A DNA stretch of 64,000 nucleotides from an uncultured Gammaproteobacteria bacterium (GTDB taxonomy: Bacteria > Pseudomonadota > Gammaproteobacteria > Poriferisulfidales > GCA-002705445), in assembly GCA_913042035.1 (NCBI GenBank), contig CAJWIN010000001.1:9357-73356 (forward strand), read 5' to 3'. Every line of letters begins with the position of its first letter. The stretch's first letter is position 1. The translations under genes were made by a program, and so were the position numbers. The notes below the pieces were generated by a model. That model had not been told where the DNA came from and made no database searches. It was given only the letters and a program-made list of their open reading frames with translations. This document shows, piece after piece, positions 9,158 through 18,376 of this stretch.

Positions 9158-10192
9158 TTAAAATGTTCTATGAAAATTTTTAACAACTAATGCAGCAGTA
9201 AAATTTTTATATAATATTTTTTTATCTACATTATCTGTCGTAAAAATATTTTCATTATCAATCGAAAAGTATTTTATTTTATGCTTATGCGCAAGATATT
9301 TAACCAAAAAACTTCCTTCACCGATAGAAGATAATGTAATATTTTGTAATTCATTTCCAAGTAAGAGTTTAATTTTTTTAAAAATAATATTAGCAAATTC
9401 TTTTTTAATCATATGGCTAATCTTGATAATTTCACTTTGCATTTCCTTTTGATAATCTAGACCAATTGATCTTGCTAATCTTTTAAAAGAATTTTCTTTA
9501 CTGTATTCTAGGTTATCAGCTCCAAAATAGTCTAATTTTTCAAAATTTATATCATTTGTTAGATTAAAAACATCTCCTGTAGTTGAAAAAAACTCATTAA
9601 TAAGTGGTATATTTTTAGAAAAATAATTAACCTCGTTTAGCAACATTGATATTGGCGTTCGTATAACGCCTGCATAAAGTAACGAATTATTTATAAGTCT
9701 TAAATGATCATTTATATTTTCTTTTACATCCATATTTTTATATATAAAATCAGTGGTTGTCGAGCCTATATCAATAATTAAATGTATATTTTTTGATTTA
9801 TTGACAAATTTTGATGTCAATATCCAATTTGTTGAGTATAGGTTTTCTGGGTTATTTTTAGCACTATCAAAATCAATATACCTATCTTGATTTGTATAAA
9901 ATAATTTATGCCCTAAAATAAAAGAATTACAGTTTTTTAATATCGATAAAATGCCAGTTTTTCTATCTTTAAAATTATCGCATGATTCTGCTGTTATAGT
10001 GATGTAATTAAAAATTACATAAACTGAATACTCTTTTGATATTTTATCAAATAAATTATTTAGTTCTTTGAAATTACTCCATATATTAATATTAATACAT
10101 TCGATACGAGTAATATTAAGGGTAGAATCAAAAACACAGATTTTTGTATTAGCGCCGCCAATATCCCAGCCTATATATACTTTATTTTTCAT
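9158..10192 (-). CDS. ASKHA-fold (hydantoinase/BadF/acetate-kinase-like) ATPase, unknown substrate. Possibly a member of the 'H4MPT-linked C1 transfer pathway protein' family.
   Basis: The N-terminal YIGWDIGGANTK is an ASKHA phosphate-1 motif, and IIDIGSTTTDFI is a second phosphate/adenosine motif. 344 aa. It is coupled to the flanking genes (11-nt overlap upstream, 6-nt gap downstream). Confidence 0.5.
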   Translation of the reverse strand: MKNKVYIGWDIGGANTKICVFDSTLNITRIECININIWSNFKELNNLFDKISKEYSVYVIFNYITITAESCDNFKDRKTGILSILKNCNSFILGHKLFYTNQDRYIDFDSAKNNPENLYSTNWILTSKFVNKSKNIHLIIDIGSTTTDFIYKNMDVKENINDHLRLINNSLLYAGVIRTPISMLLNEVNYFSKNIPLINEFFSTTGDVFNLTNDINFEKLDYFGADNLEYSKENSFKRLARSIGLDYQKEMQSEIIKISHMIKKEFANIIFKKIKLLLGNELQNITLSSIGEGSFLVKYLAHKHKIKYFSIDNENIFTTDNVDKKILYKNFTAALVVKNFHRTF

Positions 10193-11159
10193 TAGTAATA
10201 CTTAACGTGAAAAGACTATTCTGTGTAATATCATAGTCTATTATATTATCATTAAAAAATCTAAAAGGATTTATACCCAAAGTTTTTCTCAAACCAATAT
10301 AAGAGGTTGTTAGTCTTGGATTAATTTCTAGAAAGAAAATATTACTATCTGTTATTATAGCGTCAACACCTATAAAACCAAAATAACCATCTAGGTTTTT
10401 GAAAATAATTTTTATAAAAGACTCGATTTCAGATAGCATATAATTAAATTTCCCAATATTTATCTTATAAAGAAATATTTCATGCTCAGAAGAATTTTTA
10501 TAGATTTGTTCATTAATCGATAAAATCTTAATTCCACTAGAGTTTATCAATAAATTAATACCTATAATCTTTCCTTCAATATATTCTTGAAAAACATGAT
10601 TTTTATTTAGTTTGTAATTATTCTTTTCAAGATCATTTCTATCATTGAATATAAGTAGATTTTCAGAAGCTAATCCATCAGAAATTTTAGCTACAATTTT
10701 TTTATGTTTATCAATATTTTGATACTTTTTATGTATTTTAATTTGATGCTTTCTTGAATTTTTTAATAAATTCTGTGTGCGTAATTTACATGTTGTTTCA
10801 TAAATAAAATTACTTTTACAGTTAAAATTACTTATTTTTTTTTCTTCAAGAGCTTTTACAATATTATATAAATTCAAATTTTCTTCTGGGGCTAAAATAA
10901 AAACTTTGTCATTTTCTTTTAAATTTTTACATAAATCTACTATTAAATTGTTTTCATAATTTCTGAAAATACATCTTTTTTTTTCCAAAAAATTTTTATT
11001 TTTTTTATTTATTAATAATGATATCTTAGATTCAGTATATTCTGATTTTAGGTCTTCAATTAGAAAGTTTGTGATTAATTTGGCCTCATTTAGTATTAGT
11101 GGTGACGTATTTATTTTAAAATCCTCACCTAAAAAATATTCGTAAATCAAAATGTCCAT
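10182..11159 (-). CDS. ATP-grasp family ligase (carboligase-like), unknown substrate.
   Basis: C-terminal ATP-grasp core (YIEG...GIN, FGFIGVDAIITDSNIFFLEINPR; the E-x-N motif is typical of the ATP-grasp Mg-binding loop). 325 aa. First gene of the minus-strand operon. Confidence 0.5.
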   Translation of the reverse strand: MDILIYEYFLGEDFKINTSPLILNEAKLITNFLIEDLKSEYTESKISLLINKKNKNFLEKKRCIFRNYENNLIVDLCKNLKENDKVFILAPEENLNLYNIVKALEEKKISNFNCKSNFIYETTCKLRTQNLLKNSRKHQIKIHKKYQNIDKHKKIVAKISDGLASENLLIFNDRNDLEKNNYKLNKNHVFQEYIEGKIIGINLLINSSGIKILSINEQIYKNSSEHEIFLYKINIGKFNYMLSEIESFIKIIFKNLDGYFGFIGVDAIITDSNIFFLEINPRLTTSYIGLRKTLGINPFRFFNDNIIDYDITQNSLFTLSITNEK

Positions 11160-11165
11160 AATTAT

Positions 11166-11828
11166 ATGAAATTAATACCTGCTATAGATTTAAAAAACAA
11201 TAAAGTTGTAATATCAACTAAAGGAAAGAATCGTGAATATAAACTGATTCCAGCTGATTTATCACCCACTTCTGACCCTATAGAATTTATTGAGTATATT
11301 CTTTCTCTAAATGATTTTAACACAATATATTTAGCAGATTTAGACTCGATTGCAAATTTTAAAGTAAATAATGATATTATTGAAAATATTTTACTTGAAC
11401 ACAGTAATATTAATTTCATGGTAGATAATGGGGTAAGATTATTCTCTGAAATAAATCAATACAAAAATAGTAATTTTATTCAAGTAATTGCCACAGAAAC
11501 CTTTGTTGAATACTCTAAGATTATAAATAATAACTATAATGACTATATTTTATCTGCAGATTTTGTTAATGGAAAATTGTACTCAAAAAACTGTGGCTAT
11601 AAAACTATTAAACCTAACAAAGTTATAGCAATGGATATTGATAATATTGGTAAAAAGTCTGGAGCTAATATTAACAATGTCAAAAAAATTAAAAAAATTT
11701 ACCCCTATTCTTCAATAATTTTATCAGGTGGAATAGGTAGCAACGATGATATTATGACTGCAAAAGCAAATAAAATTTCAGAGATCATGCTACTAACAGC
11801 TCTACTAGAGGATAATATTACTTACTAA
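11166..11828 (+). CDS. HisA/HisF-like (beta/alpha)8-barrel protein. Probably not histidine biosynthesis.
   Basis: N-terminal LIPAIDLKNNKVV matches HisA/HisF (IIPALDLIDGTVV), and the C-terminal SGGIGSNDDI matches the HisA phosphate-binding GG loop. It is 220 aa, shorter than HisA, with no his genes nearby. It is transcribed divergently, 6 bp from the ATP-grasp start. Confidence 0.5.
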   Translation: MKLIPAIDLKNNKVVISTKGKNREYKLIPADLSPTSDPIEFIEYILSLNDFNTIYLADLDSIANFKVNNDIIENILLEHSNINFMVDNGVRLFSEINQYKNSNFIQVIATETFVEYSKIINNNYNDYILSADFVNGKLYSKNCGYKTIKPNKVIAMDIDNIGKKSGANINNVKKIKKIYPYSSIILSGGIGSNDDIMTAKANKISEIMLLTALLEDNITY

Positions 11829-11834
11829 AAAAAC

Positions 11835-12467
11835 CTACTGCTCTATTTCTTCAAAGGCTGCTGTTAATTCCCTAATAATTTGTTTTTGCACGCTATCTTT
11901 ACTTTGATTTGCATCTATCGATTTAATTCTTTTTTTGTTCTCGTTTGCTAATTTCATGTATCCATTATAAACATCATTAAAAAATATATCGTTTAAATTC
12001 TCAAATCTATCCTTATTTTTATTTCTGGGAAATCTTTTTTTTGCTAGATTATAAGGAAGATTAAAAAAAATTGTTAGATCTGGTAATACTTTTTTTGTAA
12101 AATTATCAACCAAAGATTCAATTTTTTTTAAATTTACTTTTTTCCCATACCCTTGATATGCGAAAGAAGCATCTATGAATCTATCACACAACACCCATGT
12201 TCCAGCTTTTAGCTTTGGAATAATAATATCCTCTATGTGTTGATTTCTTATTGCAAAAATTAGTAGTAATTCTGCTTCAGGAGATATTACTGACTTATTA
12301 CTAAGCAAGATATCTCTTATAGACTCTCCAAATCTTGTACCACCAGGCTCACGTGTGCAGTAAACGTCTATATTATTTTTTTCTAAAAATTTTTTTATAT
12401 AATTAATTGTGGTAGATTTTCCAACTCCTTCTATTCCTTCAAAACTAATTAATTTTCCATTATTCAT
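11835..12467 (-). CDS. tmk: Thymidylate kinase.
   Basis: P-loop FEGIEGVGKST. 210 aa. Conserved position downstream of mltG. Confidence 0.9.
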   Translation of the reverse strand: MNNGKLISFEGIEGVGKSTTINYIKKFLEKNNIDVYCTREPGGTRFGESIRDILLSNKSVISPEAELLLIFAIRNQHIEDIIIPKLKAGTWVLCDRFIDASFAYQGYGKKVNLKKIESLVDNFTKKVLPDLTIFFNLPYNLAKKRFPRNKNKDRFENLNDIFFNDVYNGYMKLANENKKRIKSIDANQSKDSVQKQIIRELTAAFEEIEQ

Positions 12468-12470
12468 AAT

Positions 12471-13466
12471 TTATTTTTGATATTTATTTACAGCATTAAC
12501 ATGATCTTTATAATTATTAGAAAACACATGTTTTCCTTTTTTATTTGCTACAAAGTATAAGTAGTCGCTTACTTCAGGCTTGCTAGCAGCAATTATTGAA
12601 ACTTCTCCTGGTGAGCAAATAGGAGTTTTAGGCAAACCTTTAATTCTATAAGTATTATATTCATTATTTTCCCTTAAGTCTTTTTTTGTAATATTGCCTT
12701 TATAATTTTTCATACCGTATATTACTGTAGGGTCTGCCTGCAATCTCATATTTTTATTTAATCTATTAATAAACACACTTGATATTGTTGGTTTTTCACT
12801 GTCTACTGACGTTTCTTTTTCAATTATTGATGCCATAATTAACATTTCATAAGGTGATTTATATGGTAATGAATAATCTCGATTTCTCCAATACTTCATA
12901 ACCGTGCGCTCCATTTTTTTTGAACAATTTTCTATAAATTTATCTAAGGAAATTCCGGCAGAAAACCTATAAGTATCTGGGAAGCATGTCCCCTCAGGAG
13001 ACAAATATTTAATTTTAGATTTAAAAATTTTAGCTGTATAGTCTGAAGTATCATCATATGTTACAAGATTACTATCTTTTAAAGATTTAATGATTTGATT
13101 ATGAGTCATACCCTCATAAATTATTATTGAATCTTGAACAGAATCGCCATTTAAAAACTTCTTTAAAAGAGAATATTCTGTCTCATATTCACCAATCACA
13201 TACTTTCCATTTATAAAAGTTGGCTTTGCTTTGTAAAGATAGAGGATAATTTTTGCTCTTATTTCTGAACTAATTATATTCTTAGAATTTAGTTTACTCA
13301 ATGTTTTAGATATACTTTCGCCAGTATTAATTGTAAAAAAAATATTACCTTCATTGTGAATTTTTTTATTTAAAGAAAAATTTAAGTAAGCTAAAAAAAA
13401 TAATATAATAATAAAAAAAATTAAAAAAAAAGTTTTTAATAAGAATGTTTTATTTGAAAATTTCAT
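12471..13466 (-). CDS. mltG: Endolytic murein transglycosylase MltG (YceG family).
   Basis: N-terminal TM anchor followed by a YceG-like domain. Conserved pabC-mltG-tmk order. Confidence 0.85.
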   Translation of the reverse strand: MKFSNKTFLLKTFFLIFFIIILFFLAYLNFSLNKKIHNEGNIFFTINTGESISKTLSKLNSKNIISSEIRAKIILYLYKAKPTFINGKYVIGEYETEYSLLKKFLNGDSVQDSIIIYEGMTHNQIIKSLKDSNLVTYDDTSDYTAKIFKSKIKYLSPEGTCFPDTYRFSAGISLDKFIENCSKKMERTVMKYWRNRDYSLPYKSPYEMLIMASIIEKETSVDSEKPTISSVFINRLNKNMRLQADPTVIYGMKNYKGNITKKDLRENNEYNTYRIKGLPKTPICSPGEVSIIAASKPEVSDYLYFVANKKGKHVFSNNYKDHVNAVNKYQK

Positions 13467-14268
13467 TATTTATTATTTTCGTTAGTTTACTTATATGTAT
13501 ATTTTTTTTGTATCTAAAATTTTTAATAGATTTAATATTCCAAATTAATCTCACAGAATTACAGAAAAATGCACCATCATAATTTTTTATTTCTTTTCTA
13601 TTAATAATTTTCTCTATAATTTTATATTTATTTTTTTTTAAATTTTTTATTATAAATGATTTCATTACGCCTTCTACACCTGACCTAGAAATTTTTGGAG
13701 TATAAAATACTTTGCCTTTGACAAAGAAAATATTACTAGATATGCCTTCTATTATATTATTTTTTTGGTCGCACATGATTAATTCTGGAAAATTTTTTGA
13801 AATTTCTTTTGTGGCAATTACTTGATCGATTCTGTTTGAATGCTTGATTTTTGATAAACCTTCATTATCAATGATCTTAGAACTTGAAAATTTTGTATTT
13901 ATTCCGCTATTTACATATTCTTTTGGAAACTTTGGTATTAATCCTGTTGTGAGAATAATATTGGGTTTTTTTGGTGCTAATTTTATATTGTATCCCCTGT
14001 TTATTACTGTTCCTCTAGTAATATTAATATTTAACACACAATCTTTTTCATCACTTAATGCTTTATTAATATTTCTTTGAAGTAATTTAAAATCTAAATT
14101 TTTTATTTTAAGATGGTTGCATCCTTTTTTTAACCTACTTAAATGAAGTTTGATATTTTGCGGATTTTTATTTAATACTAGAATCGTCTCAAATACTGAA
14201 TCGCCATATAGAAAACCTCTGTCAAATATTGAAATACTTGAGCTAACTTTTCCATTTACAAGATTCAT
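13450..14268 (-). CDS. pabC: Aminodeoxychorismate lyase (class IV aminotransferase fold, PabC-like).
   Basis: Fold-type IV PLP enzyme features (FDRGFLYGDSVFET; 272 aa). Sits in the canonical fabF-pabC-mltG position. Confidence 0.7.
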   Translation of the reverse strand: MNLVNGKVSSSISIFDRGFLYGDSVFETILVLNKNPQNIKLHLSRLKKGCNHLKIKNLDFKLLQRNINKALSDEKDCVLNINITRGTVINRGYNIKLAPKKPNIILTTGLIPKFPKEYVNSGINTKFSSSKIIDNEGLSKIKHSNRIDQVIATKEISKNFPELIMCDQKNNIIEGISSNIFFVKGKVFYTPKISRSGVEGVMKSFIIKNLKKNKYKIIEKIINRKEIKNYDGAFFCNSVRLIWNIKSIKNFRYKKNIHISKLTKIINNEIFK

Positions 14269-14270
14269 AG

Positions 14271-15521
14271 TTACATGCGCTTAAATATTAGTGTGCCATT
14301 TGTGCCACCAAATCCAAATGAATTTGACATTGCAACCTTTATTTCTTTCTCTCTTGCAGTTTTTGGGACGTAATCTAGATCACAATCTGGATCTTGTGTA
14401 TTTAAATTTATTGTTGGAGGTATTATGTTATCTTTAATAGCTAACACTGAAAATGCTGCCTCTACACCCCCTGCAGCCCCTAGTAAATGACCTATCATTG
14501 ATTTGGTTGAGCTAATAGGTGTGTTTTTTGCATTTTCTGTGCCTAAAGCTGTTTTTATTGCATCAGTCTCTGCTTTATCTCCTGCAGGTGTAGAAGTTCC
14601 ATGTGCATTAATATAATCAACTTCACTTTCGTTAAGTTTTGCTTCTTTTAAAGCTAACTTCATGCACTTTGCAGCGCCTGCTCCACCAGCAGCAGGTTGT
14701 GTCATATGATGAGCATCGCTATTTATACCAAAACCTGCAATTTCACAATAAATATTTGCTCCGCGTTTTTTTGCATGTTCATAATCTTCAAGTACTAAGA
14801 TGCCAGCACCATCTCCAAGCACAAAACCGTTTCTATTAATATCCCAAGGCTTACTTGCAGTTTCTGGGTCATCATTATTTGAAGAACAAAGAGCCTTTGC
14901 AGATGCAAACCCTCCAATACCTAATGGGCATGTAGCCATCTCTGCTCCACCAGCTATCATGCAGTCGACATAACCATGTTTTATTAGCCTTGCAGCATCA
15001 CCTATACTATGAGTTCCTGTAGCGCATGCCGAAACTAATGATAAATTAGGTCCGGTAATACCGTACATAATTGATAAATTTCCTGACACCATGTTAATAA
15101 TAGAGCTTGGCACAAAAAAAGGAGAAATTTTTCTTGGACCATTTTGCAGAAAATTACCATAATTCTTTTCAATATAAGGTAACCCGCCGATTCCAGACCC
15201 AATTGATATTCCTATTCTGTCGCTATTTTCTTCTGATATTTCTAAGCCTGCATCATTGATTGCCATAACGCTTGCGCCAATACCATAATGGATAAATGTA
15301 TCCATTTTTTTTTGGTCTTTTGGCGTAATGAAATCATCTGCGTTAAAATCAACTACAGATCCAGATATCTGAACAGAAAAGGACGATGCGTCAAATGAAG
15401 TAATTTTTCTTATGCCGCTAACGCCATTTTTAATATTATCCCAAGCTTTAGTCACAGTTGATCCAACAGGTGAAACTAAACCTAATCCTGTTACTACTAC
15501 ACGTCTGGTATTTTCTGTCAT
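14271..15521 (-). CDS. fabF: 3-oxoacyl-ACP synthase II.
   Basis: KAS II architecture with active-site SACATG, plus HGTSTPAGD and GHLLGAAG motifs. 416 aa. Confidence 0.95.
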   Translation of the reverse strand: MTENTRRVVVTGLGLVSPVGSTVTKAWDNIKNGVSGIRKITSFDASSFSVQISGSVVDFNADDFITPKDQKKMDTFIHYGIGASVMAINDAGLEISEENSDRIGISIGSGIGGLPYIEKNYGNFLQNGPRKISPFFVPSSIINMVSGNLSIMYGITGPNLSLVSACATGTHSIGDAARLIKHGYVDCMIAGGAEMATCPLGIGGFASAKALCSSNNDDPETASKPWDINRNGFVLGDGAGILVLEDYEHAKKRGANIYCEIAGFGINSDAHHMTQPAAGGAGAAKCMKLALKEAKLNESEVDYINAHGTSTPAGDKAETDAIKTALGTENAKNTPISSTKSMIGHLLGAAGGVEAAFSVLAIKDNIIPPTINLNTQDPDCDLDYVPKTAREKEIKVAMSNSFGFGGTNGTLIFKRM

Positions 15522-15561
15522 TTTAAATTTATAAATTTATGAATAAAATTATACTTACTCT

Positions 15562-15795
15562 CTACTTGCTGTTAGCTTCAACATAAGCATTTGCTTGAGC
15601 TACCGTTGTAATTTTTTCAGCCTCTTCATCTGGAATTTCACAATCAAACTCTTCTTCTAAGGCCATAACTAATTCTACTGTATCAAGAGAATCCGCGCCT
15701 AAGTCGTCTACAAAAGAAGCATTTTCTGTGATTTGATCTTCCTTAACGCCTAATTGCTCCATTATTACTTTTTTTACCCTATCTTTATTACTCAT
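15562..15795 (-). CDS. acpP: Acyl carrier protein.
   Basis: [19 protein letters not shown] phosphopantetheine-attachment site. 77 aa. Confidence 0.97.
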   Translation of the reverse strand: MSNKDRVKKVIMEQLGVKEDQITENASFVDDLGADSLDTVELVMALEEEFDCEIPDEEAEKITTVAQANAYVEANSK

Positions 15796-15873
15796 TATGT
15801 CCCCTATTGGTTGTGATGCTTGTAAAACCAGCTCATTCTATTAAATATATGCAAGATAATCCAGAAATGATTA

Positions 15874-16617
15874 CTATGGCATAAATAAGCCCCCATTAAC
15901 ATGGATTGTCTCTCCAGTTATATATGACGCTTTTTCAGATGCCAAAAAAGATACTGCATAAGCTATATCTTCTGGGCTACCCATCTTATTTGTAGGAATA
16001 TTCTTAAAAATCTGCTCTTTTTGAGAGTCATTAAGTTTTTCTGTCATGTCAGTTTCTATAAAGCCAGGCGAAACACAATTTACAGTAATTCCTCTTGTGG
16101 CAACTTCTTTTGCTAGAGATTTACAAAATCCAATCATTCCTGCTTTTGATGTAACGTAATTTGTTTGTCCTGCATTACCAGTATTTGCAACTACCGAAGA
16201 AATACAAATTATTCTACCATTTCTCTTTTTTATCATTGGTTTAATAAATAATTTTGATATTTTGTATAAAGAATTAATATTAGTTTCTATGGTGTCTAAC
16301 CATTGATCGTCATCCATACGAATCAATAAATTATCATTGGTAACGCCTGCATTATTCACTAAAATATCGGGAGTATTGGTATAATCTTTTTTTATATTTT
16401 CAAGTAAGTTATTAATCGATTCTTGATTTTTAATATCTAACAAGTAAGCTTTGCCTTCAATTTTATTAACTTTTAATTCATTCTTTAGAATATTAACTGA
16501 ATTCTCATTTGTGCCAGTACCTAGAACAATATAGTTGTGATTTGACATTTCTTTTAAAATTGCCAAACCTATTCCCCGAGTTGCTCCTGTAATGAGCACT
16601 ATTTTTTTTTCACTCAT
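15874..16617 (-). CDS. fabG: 3-oxoacyl-ACP reductase.
   Basis: SDR family with TGATRGIGLAI and the catalytic YVTSKAG motif (Y-x3-K). Conserved fabD-fabG-acpP-fabF order. Confidence 0.95.
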   Translation of the reverse strand: MSEKKIVLITGATRGIGLAILKEMSNHNYIVLGTGTNENSVNILKNELKVNKIEGKAYLLDIKNQESINNLLENIKKDYTNTPDILVNNAGVTNDNLLIRMDDDQWLDTIETNINSLYKISKLFIKPMIKKRNGRIICISSVVANTGNAGQTNYVTSKAGMIGFCKSLAKEVATRGITVNCVSPGFIETDMTEKLNDSQKEQIFKNIPTNKMGSPEDIAYAVSFLASEKASYITGETIHVNGGLFMP

Positions 16618-17546
16618 AAGCTACTTAGCGTCTCCAATGCGTTTTCTAAACTGTTTGGATCAGATACAGATAATGATTTTATACTATTATCAATTCTTTT
16701 GTTGAAAGATGTTAAAACTTTGCCGGGCCCTAATTCTAGCATTGTATCAACGCCTTGTTGCTCCATAAACTCTATAGTCTCAACCCAGCGGACAGATGAA
16801 AAAAGTTGTCTTACTAATGCGTCTTTAATTAGATTTTCATCTTCCTCTATTTTTACATCAACATTATTTACAACTGGAACGATTGGTTTTTTAAATATAA
16901 CTTTATCTACGAAACTTTTAAAAACTTTTGATTGATCAAGCATTAAAGAAGAGTGTGCTGCCACACTTACTGGTAATGGTATTACTTTTTTAGCATTGTT
17001 TGATAGAGCTATATCTGATAGTTGGTCAACACCATCAATTGATCCAGATATTACAATCTGACCTGGAGCGTTTATATTAGCTATACTTACTTCGCTTAAG
17101 GTATTTTCATCATATAGTTTTTTAAGTAATTGATAATCAATGCCAATTATTGCTGCCATTTTCCCCTTGGGTGCTTTTTTCATACATAAAGCCCTATTTT
17201 TTACAAGATTAACCGCGTCTTTAAATTTAAGAGAGCCTGCCGCACATAGGCTTGTATACTCACCAAAACTATGTCCAGCCATATAAATTGGATTTTCTCC
17301 GCCCTCTTCGTTCCATATTCTCCATACAGAATATGATGCACAAAGCATAATTGGCTGAGTAAACTCTGTATCATTTATTTTTGACTCAGGTCCATTTTTA
17401 GCAATTTTCCATAGATCACACGAAAGTATATCTGAGGCCTCTTCAAAAACTTCAGAAACTATGTTGTACGAAGATTTTAAGTCTTTCAGCATCCCAATAC
17501 TTTGAGATCCTTGACCTGGAAATAATATACCTAAACTCATGAACAA
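16614..17546 (-). CDS. fabD: Malonyl-CoA:ACP transacylase.
   Basis: FPGQGSQ start and active-site GHSFGE. 310 aa. Confidence 0.93.
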   Translation of the reverse strand: MFMSLGILFPGQGSQSIGMLKDLKSSYNIVSEVFEEASDILSCDLWKIAKNGPESKINDTEFTQPIMLCASYSVWRIWNEEGGENPIYMAGHSFGEYTSLCAAGSLKFKDAVNLVKNRALCMKKAPKGKMAAIIGIDYQLLKKLYDENTLSEVSIANINAPGQIVISGSIDGVDQLSDIALSNNAKKVIPLPVSVAAHSSLMLDQSKVFKSFVDKVIFKKPIVPVVNNVDVKIEEDENLIKDALVRQLFSSVRWVETIEFMEQQGVDTMLELGPGKVLTSFNKRIDNSIKSLSVSDPNSLENALETLSSL

Positions 17547-17616
17547 ATCTCCTTAAAGCAAATATTAATAACTAAATAAAATCTTAAAAGCACATGTACT
17601 AATAAAAATAAAATTC

Positions 17617-17625
17617 TGCTATACT
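17617..17625 (+). promoter_or_regulatory. Candidate extended -10 promoter element (TGcTATACT) upstream of infA.
   Basis: Read directly in the 140-bp intergenic region. TGn-TATACT lies about 60 nt upstream of the infA ATG, with a weak -35. Low specificity in an AT-rich genome. Confidence 0.25.
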
Positions 17626-17686
17626 TTCTATTAAGTTTTTATCTTAAAAACATAAATAATACAATATTTAATTTCATTAAAGTAAT

Positions 17687-17905
17687 ATGGCAAAAGAAGA
17701 ACACATAGAGATGGAAGGAACAGTTATTGATACTTTGCCAAATACTATGTTTAGAGTGGAGTTAGAAAACGGTCATGTTGTAACAGCACATATCTCAGGA
17801 AAAATGAGAAAAAATTATATTAGGATTTTAACAGGAGACAAGGTTACGGTTGCGTTAACTCCTTATGATTTAACAAAAGGAAGAATTACTTTTAGAGATA
17901 GATAG
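17687..17905 (+). CDS. infA: Translation initiation factor IF-1.
   Basis: Near-identical to the bacterial IF-1 consensus ([52 protein letters not shown]). Confidence 0.97.
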   Translation: MAKEEHIEMEGTVIDTLPNTMFRVELENGHVVTAHISGKMRKNYIRILTGDKVTVALTPYDLTKGRITFRDR

Positions 17906-17923
17906 AAAACTAAAAATATTTTT

Positions 17924-18376
17924 ATGTCCTGGGTACCTCACATTACAGTTGCATCAATTATTGAAAAAGACGGAAAATATCTTTTTGTAGAAGAGCTTGT
18001 TGAAAATAAAAAAGTTTTAAATCAACCAGCAGGTCATCTTGAAGAGAATGAAACACTAGAGGAAGGTTGTGTAAGAGAAACTCTAGAAGAAACCGCATAT
18101 AAAGTTGAAGTTGATTACTTAATTGGGATATATCAGGAAAGAAGAAAAGGCTCTCTAGACATGTGGCTAAGATTTTGTTTTAAATGCAGCATAATCAAGG
18201 AATTTCCAGAACAAAATCTTGATAAAAATATTTTAAGAAAACTATGGCTTTCTAAAAGCAATATTATTGGTTCAAATATTAGATTAAGAAGTAGCATGGT
18301 TTTAAGATGCATAAATGACTATGAGAATGAAAAAAAATATCCAAAAAGTATTATTAACGATATGTTGGAAAGATGA
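17924..18376 (+). CDS. NUDIX hydrolase.
   Basis: Nudix box GHLEENETLEEGCVRETLEETAY (G-x5-E-x7-REUxEExGU). Confidence 0.8.
   Translation: MSWVPHITVASIIEKDGKYLFVEELVENKKVLNQPAGHLEENETLEEGCVRETLEETAYKVEVDYLIGIYQERRKGSLDMWLRFCFKCSIIKEFPEQNLDKNILRKLWLSKSNIIGSNIRLRSSMVLRCINDYENEKKYPKSIINDMLER

Noticed and set aside
11162-11419. 85-aa minus-strand ORF overlapping the start of the HisA-like gene.
   Set aside because: It is antisense to the better-supported HisA/HisF-like CDS. The minus-strand operon's first gene already ends at 11159, and the ORF is a hydrophobic low-complexity product.
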